This document shows positions 60,706 to 64,000 of a stretch of DNA of 64,000 nucleotides, piece after piece. Location of the stretch: contig CAVUKB010000007.1 of assembly GCA_963741955.1 (NCBI GenBank), positions 256,001-320,000 on the forward strand, read 5' to 3'. The DNA comes from an uncultured Acidobacteriota bacterium. GTDB taxonomy: Bacteria; Acidobacteriota; Thermoanaerobaculia; Gp7-AA8. Under the pieces are notes generated by a model. The model saw only the letters and a program-made list of their open reading frames with translations, did no database searches and was not told the DNA's origin. Every line of letters starts with the position of its first letter. Position 1 is the stretch's first letter. Made by a program: the position numbers and the translations under genes.

Positions 60706-60954
60706 TCGAAGACCTCGGAGAGCGAGATGCATCGATTATAGCGCCGCGGCTTCGAGCGAGGCGGAGGAGAGCGATGTTCAGGGTCGGAGGTGGCGGAACG
60801 CCGCATCGCGGAGATGAGCGAGCAGGGAGCGTGGGGCGCCGCGGCTTCTGCCGCGACGGCAGGGCGGAAGCCGTGCCGGCTCCTCCTTGAACTCACGAAC
60901 GGATGCCGAGACTTCATCACGGCGGAAGCGGTGCCGTCCCGTTGCGGCACCGCT

Positions 60955-61008
60955 GAACGAACTCGCTCTCACTGCTCCAATTTCTGCCGACCGACGTTTC
61001 TACCGCGC
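60955..61008 (+). repeat. degenerate end fragment of the 159-bp MITE-like element
   Basis: 41/54 ungapped identity to the right end of copy 1, including ACGTTTCTACCGCGC. Confidence 0.65.
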
Positions 61009-62270
61009 TACACCTTCACGCCGCCCGCAGCGGGTACGACCGCGCGATTCCTTCCTTTCGCCTTCGCTTCGTAGAGCCGTTCGTCGGCAGCGGCGAAGAG
61101 GCGCTCCGGAGTGATGCCGTCGTCGGGAAAGATCGCGCCCCCGATGCTCACGGTGATCGGCGGCCGCTCGCCGATCGGAGGGATCGTTTCGATCGCGGTG
61201 CGCACGCGTTCGGCGAGCTGGGAAAGAGAGGAGCCGGTCGTCTCGGGAGTAATGATCGAGAACTCCTCGCCGCCGAACCGGGCCGGGTAGTCGCTGGTGC
61301 GCACGCATTCGCGGAGAGTCCGTCCGACCGCCTGCAGCGCTTCGTTCCCTGCGAGATGGCCGAAGCTGTCGTTGTAATTCTTGAAGTGATCGAGATCGAG
61401 GATGAGGATGCCGAATCCGTGCGGGTAGCGGTCTTCACGCTCGATCTCCCGCTCCATGGTGTGGAGAAACGCGCGGAAGTTCGGAAGAGCGGTCAGCTCG
61501 TCGGTGAGCGAGCGCTTCTCGAGCTCCGCGTTCGAGGCGACGAGCGAATCGGCCATCCGGTTGAACGCTGTGCCGAGCTGCGCGACTTCCGCATCGCCTC
61601 CGATCGGAGCCCGCACTTTCAACTCGCCAGCCGCCAGTCGCTCTGCCGCCTGGGAGAGACGCTCGATCGGGGTGACGACGTTGGTGAGGGTCCGCTTCGC
61701 GACGAGGAGGCTGACGATGGCGATGATCCAGGCGACGCCGAGTCCGGTCCACATCGCGTTCGTTCCTCCGCGCGAGAGGCGTGGCTTCTCCGTACGGATG
61801 TCCGATTCGTATCGATCGATCATTGCTCGCGCCGTGTCCACGACCTGCTCGGAGCGCGAGAGAACTTCGGCGCGAACCGTCGTGCGGTCCGCCTCCGACA
61901 TCTTGTTCCAATCCAGTCCTGCGCTCGAGACGAGCGCCTGGAGCGTGGCCATCTCGTCGTGAAGCTCCCGGCTTCCCTCGCCTCGAAGGGATTCGCGCTC
62001 GATGAGCTGCGCGACGCTGTTGTAGCGGATGGCGAGCTTCGAAGGGTCGAGCTCCGCGGCCTCGTTCCATTGATTGCGCCATGCGTTCTGAAAGCGGATC
62101 AACTCTTCGAGCGGCGCGACGGCTCCGGTCTGAATCTCCAGGATCCGGTCGAACTCGTGCTCGGCCGAACGTGCACGCCAGGTGAGGATGAAGACGGTGC
62201 CGATCAACAGCATCGCGTTGAGAAGCGTCAGCGCGTAAACCCGGTTGCGGAGTCGTGTTCTCGAGGCCAT
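61008..62270 (-). CDS. membrane diguanylate cyclase (TM-sensor-TM-HAMP-GGEEF)
   Basis: two TM segments, HAMP (EVAQLGTAFNRM), TDELTALPN, DLDHFKNYNDSFGHLAG, RTSD I-site, RFGGEEF. Confidence 0.93.
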   Translation of the reverse strand: MASRTRLRNRVYALTLLNAMLLIGTVFILTWRARSAEHEFDRILEIQTGAVAPLEELIRFQNAWRNQWNEAAELDPSKLAIRYNSVAQLIERESLRGEGSRELHDEMATLQALVSSAGLDWNKMSEADRTTVRAEVLSRSEQVVDTARAMIDRYESDIRTEKPRLSRGGTNAMWTGLGVAWIIAIVSLLVAKRTLTNVVTPIERLSQAAERLAAGELKVRAPIGGDAEVAQLGTAFNRMADSLVASNAELEKRSLTDELTALPNFRAFLHTMEREIEREDRYPHGFGILILDLDHFKNYNDSFGHLAGNEALQAVGRTLRECVRTSDYPARFGGEEFSIITPETTGSSLSQLAERVRTAIETIPPIGERPPITVSIGGAIFPDDGITPERLFAAADERLYEAKAKGRNRAVVPAAGGVKV

Positions 62271-62289
62271 GTCGGTCCGTTCCGCCCTC

Positions 62290-64000
62290 TCACTCCCCAC
62301 CGGCAGCGGCGACGCCGTTCAGGGCGTGCATGCCGAGGTGACGCATCCGCTCGATCACGCGATGGACGGTGAGGATCACCTCCGCGTGACTCCAGGTGAG
62401 CGGCGAGACCGAAAGCGGCGAACCGGCGAACGGGTCGACCTGCTCGGGAAGCGTGCCGCTGGGCATGGCCCGATCGGTCGCCCAGTCGAGAAGATCGACC
62501 GCCTGCTGCAGCTCCTCGACGGTCCGGGCGATCTCCGCCTTCCAACGTGCAATCCAGAGTGTGCAGATGATCCATGGATTCCCGGGAGCGACCGCCGTGT
62601 CCCGAGTGACCTGATAGTAGTAGTCGTTCTCGTAGCGAGCGTAGCCTCCGATCGGCGTGTGCACGGCGAGACGGTCCATGACCCGATGCATCGTCGACAC
62701 GATACGCGGATCGTCGGGAGCGAACATGCCGAACATCCAGAGTCCGCAGACCGAGGAGTCGACCACCGGGTCGATGGAAATCGCTCCCTCCGGCGAGACG
62801 TTGACCATCCGGACGAACGAATCCGACGCCGGGTCGAAGAGAAATTTTCCCGCCGCTTCACGGATCTCGCTGGCTGCGGTCCGGTAGCGTTTCGTCAGCG
62901 TCGTTTCTCCGAACGCTTCCGTGAAATTCGCAGCGGCTTCGAGTCCCGCCCAGACCGCAGCGGTGGTGAAGGACATGATCCCGCGCCGCTCCTCCCACAG
63001 GTCGTACGACGGCGCCGGCAACCGGGTGTGCGATTCACGGAACCGAACCAGGAAGTCCGCGGAACGGGTGACCATCGCCCGGTAGAGTGGACGGATGAAT
63101 TCCACGTCGTGAAACTTCGCGAAGTGCCGCCACAGTGCCCAGAGGACCAGCGCCGTTTCGTCCTCCTGAATCGGCAGCGCACGCGATCCGTCGGAGCTCA
63201 TCCAGGGATGCCACGATGATCCGACCGATCCGTCCGGGTTGTACTTGTGGAGGAGATAACCGTCGTGGGTGTACAGGGGAAAGCAGAACTCGAAGAACTT
63301 CCTCGAGACGTCACTGTAGCCGGAGCCGTTCATCGCATCGGCGGCGATCGAGCCATCGCGTGGCCAGACGTAGCTGTACGTATCGCGGCTGAAGAGGATC
63401 GCATCCGAGTCGGTCGCCGCGATCACGGCCCCGTTGCCGTTGACCTGCGAGCGGAGGATCAGGAGCGAGCGCCGGTACAGATCCCGGACCGGATCGGAGA
63501 GAAGTTTCAGTCCGTGCGAGTCATCCTTGCGCGACCAGAGCCGCCAGTAATGCTCCGTCCTCTCCATGAAGCTGGCCGGTCCTCGCTCCCGCACCAGCGA
63601 CGCGAGCGAGGTCACCTCGGGGAACGATCGTCCGAACGCCCACCAGAACCAGACCGTCGCTTCGCCACCGGCGGTGAGTGTGGCCTCGATCATTCCGGTC
63701 GAATCGACGGAGCCCTGGGCGATCGGATTGCGGCTCAGCTCACCGTCCTCCGCATCGCGCCAGGTTCCCTGAAAGCCGCGCTGTTCCTTGACCCCCGTGG
63801 CGAAGGACGCCAGTCCGAAGCGGTCACCGGAGGCTCCGCTCATGAGAATGTAGCGCTGACCCTTGTACGCGATGAGAGAGCTCTGATCCGGATCGTAGAA
63901 GACGGTGTCGCCGATGGCGTTCTCGCCGAGGTGTCCATCGAGGTGGAGGAAGAGCCGGACCCGCCGGGGTTGATTGCGGAGGTCGCGCAGATCGACGCGG
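62290..64000 (-). CDS. glycoside hydrolase family 15 (glucoamylase-like), 5' end outside the window
   Basis: GAVIAA, YSYVWPRDG, QEDET, DLWEE, LPEQV, PLTWSHAE; frame stays open to the window edge. Confidence 0.93.
   Translation of the reverse strand, partial: RVDLRDLRNQPRRVRLFLHLDGHLGENAIGDTVFYDPDQSSLIAYKGQRYILMSGASGDRFGLASFATGVKEQRGFQGTWRDAEDGELSRNPIAQGSVDSTGMIEATLTAGGEATVWFWWAFGRSFPEVTSLASLVRERGPASFMERTEHYWRLWSRKDDSHGLKLLSDPVRDLYRRSLLILRSQVNGNGAVIAATDSDAILFSRDTYSYVWPRDGSIAADAMNGSGYSDVSRKFFEFCFPLYTHDGYLLHKYNPDGSVGSSWHPWMSSDGSRALPIQEDETALVLWALWRHFAKFHDVEFIRPLYRAMVTRSADFLVRFRESHTRLPAPSYDLWEERRGIMSFTTAAVWAGLEAAANFTEAFGETTLTKRYRTAASEIREAAGKFLFDPASDSFVRMVNVSPEGAISIDPVVDSSVCGLWMFGMFAPDDPRIVSTMHRVMDRLAVHTPIGGYARYENDYYYQVTRDTAVAPGNPWIICTLWIARWKAEIARTVEELQQAVDLLDWATDRAMPSGTLPEQVDPFAGSPLSVSPLTWSHAEVILTVHRVIERMRHLGMHALNGVAAAGGE

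Overview
GC-rich bacterial chromosome segment. The gene content points to Acidobacteriota, probably class Thermoanaerobaculia (inferred from the duplicated C-terminal domain on a PKD/metalloprotease, an Arg-rich C-terminal tail on a secreted protein and an SgmX-like TPR protein; not checked by search). Most of the window is housekeeping: TPP riboswitch-thiC, mqnE, icd, cyclophilin, arcA/arcC, truA-thiL, ffh-rpsP-khpA-rimM/trmD-rplS-rnhB, pyrF, polX, purD-purE, a CDF transporter, a GGDEF protein and a GH15 enzyme. It also has two ECF sigma/anti-sigma modules and a higBA toxin-antitoxin pair. The best candidate for an undescribed system is a translationally coupled three-gene secreted cassette at 18093-22331 (Cys-rich signal-peptide mini-protein, predicted beta-propeller, ~1000-aa tandem beta-sandwich protein) lying between gene remnants. 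Other notable items: a siroheme-decarboxylase-like (AhbAB) fusion missing its canonical histidines; a RimM-TrmD fusion; two tandem small basic proteins, one absent from the ORF track; a 159-bp MITE-like element that supplies the thiL stop codon; a modular REP-doublet repeat family bracketing an aldo-keto reductase next to a decayed two-component operon; a ~220-bp concentric hairpin; a predicted ECF regulon; and many apparently leaderless genes. No rRNA, tRNA, CRISPR array or intact transposase was recognised. All calls come from reading the sequence by eye; no searches were run.
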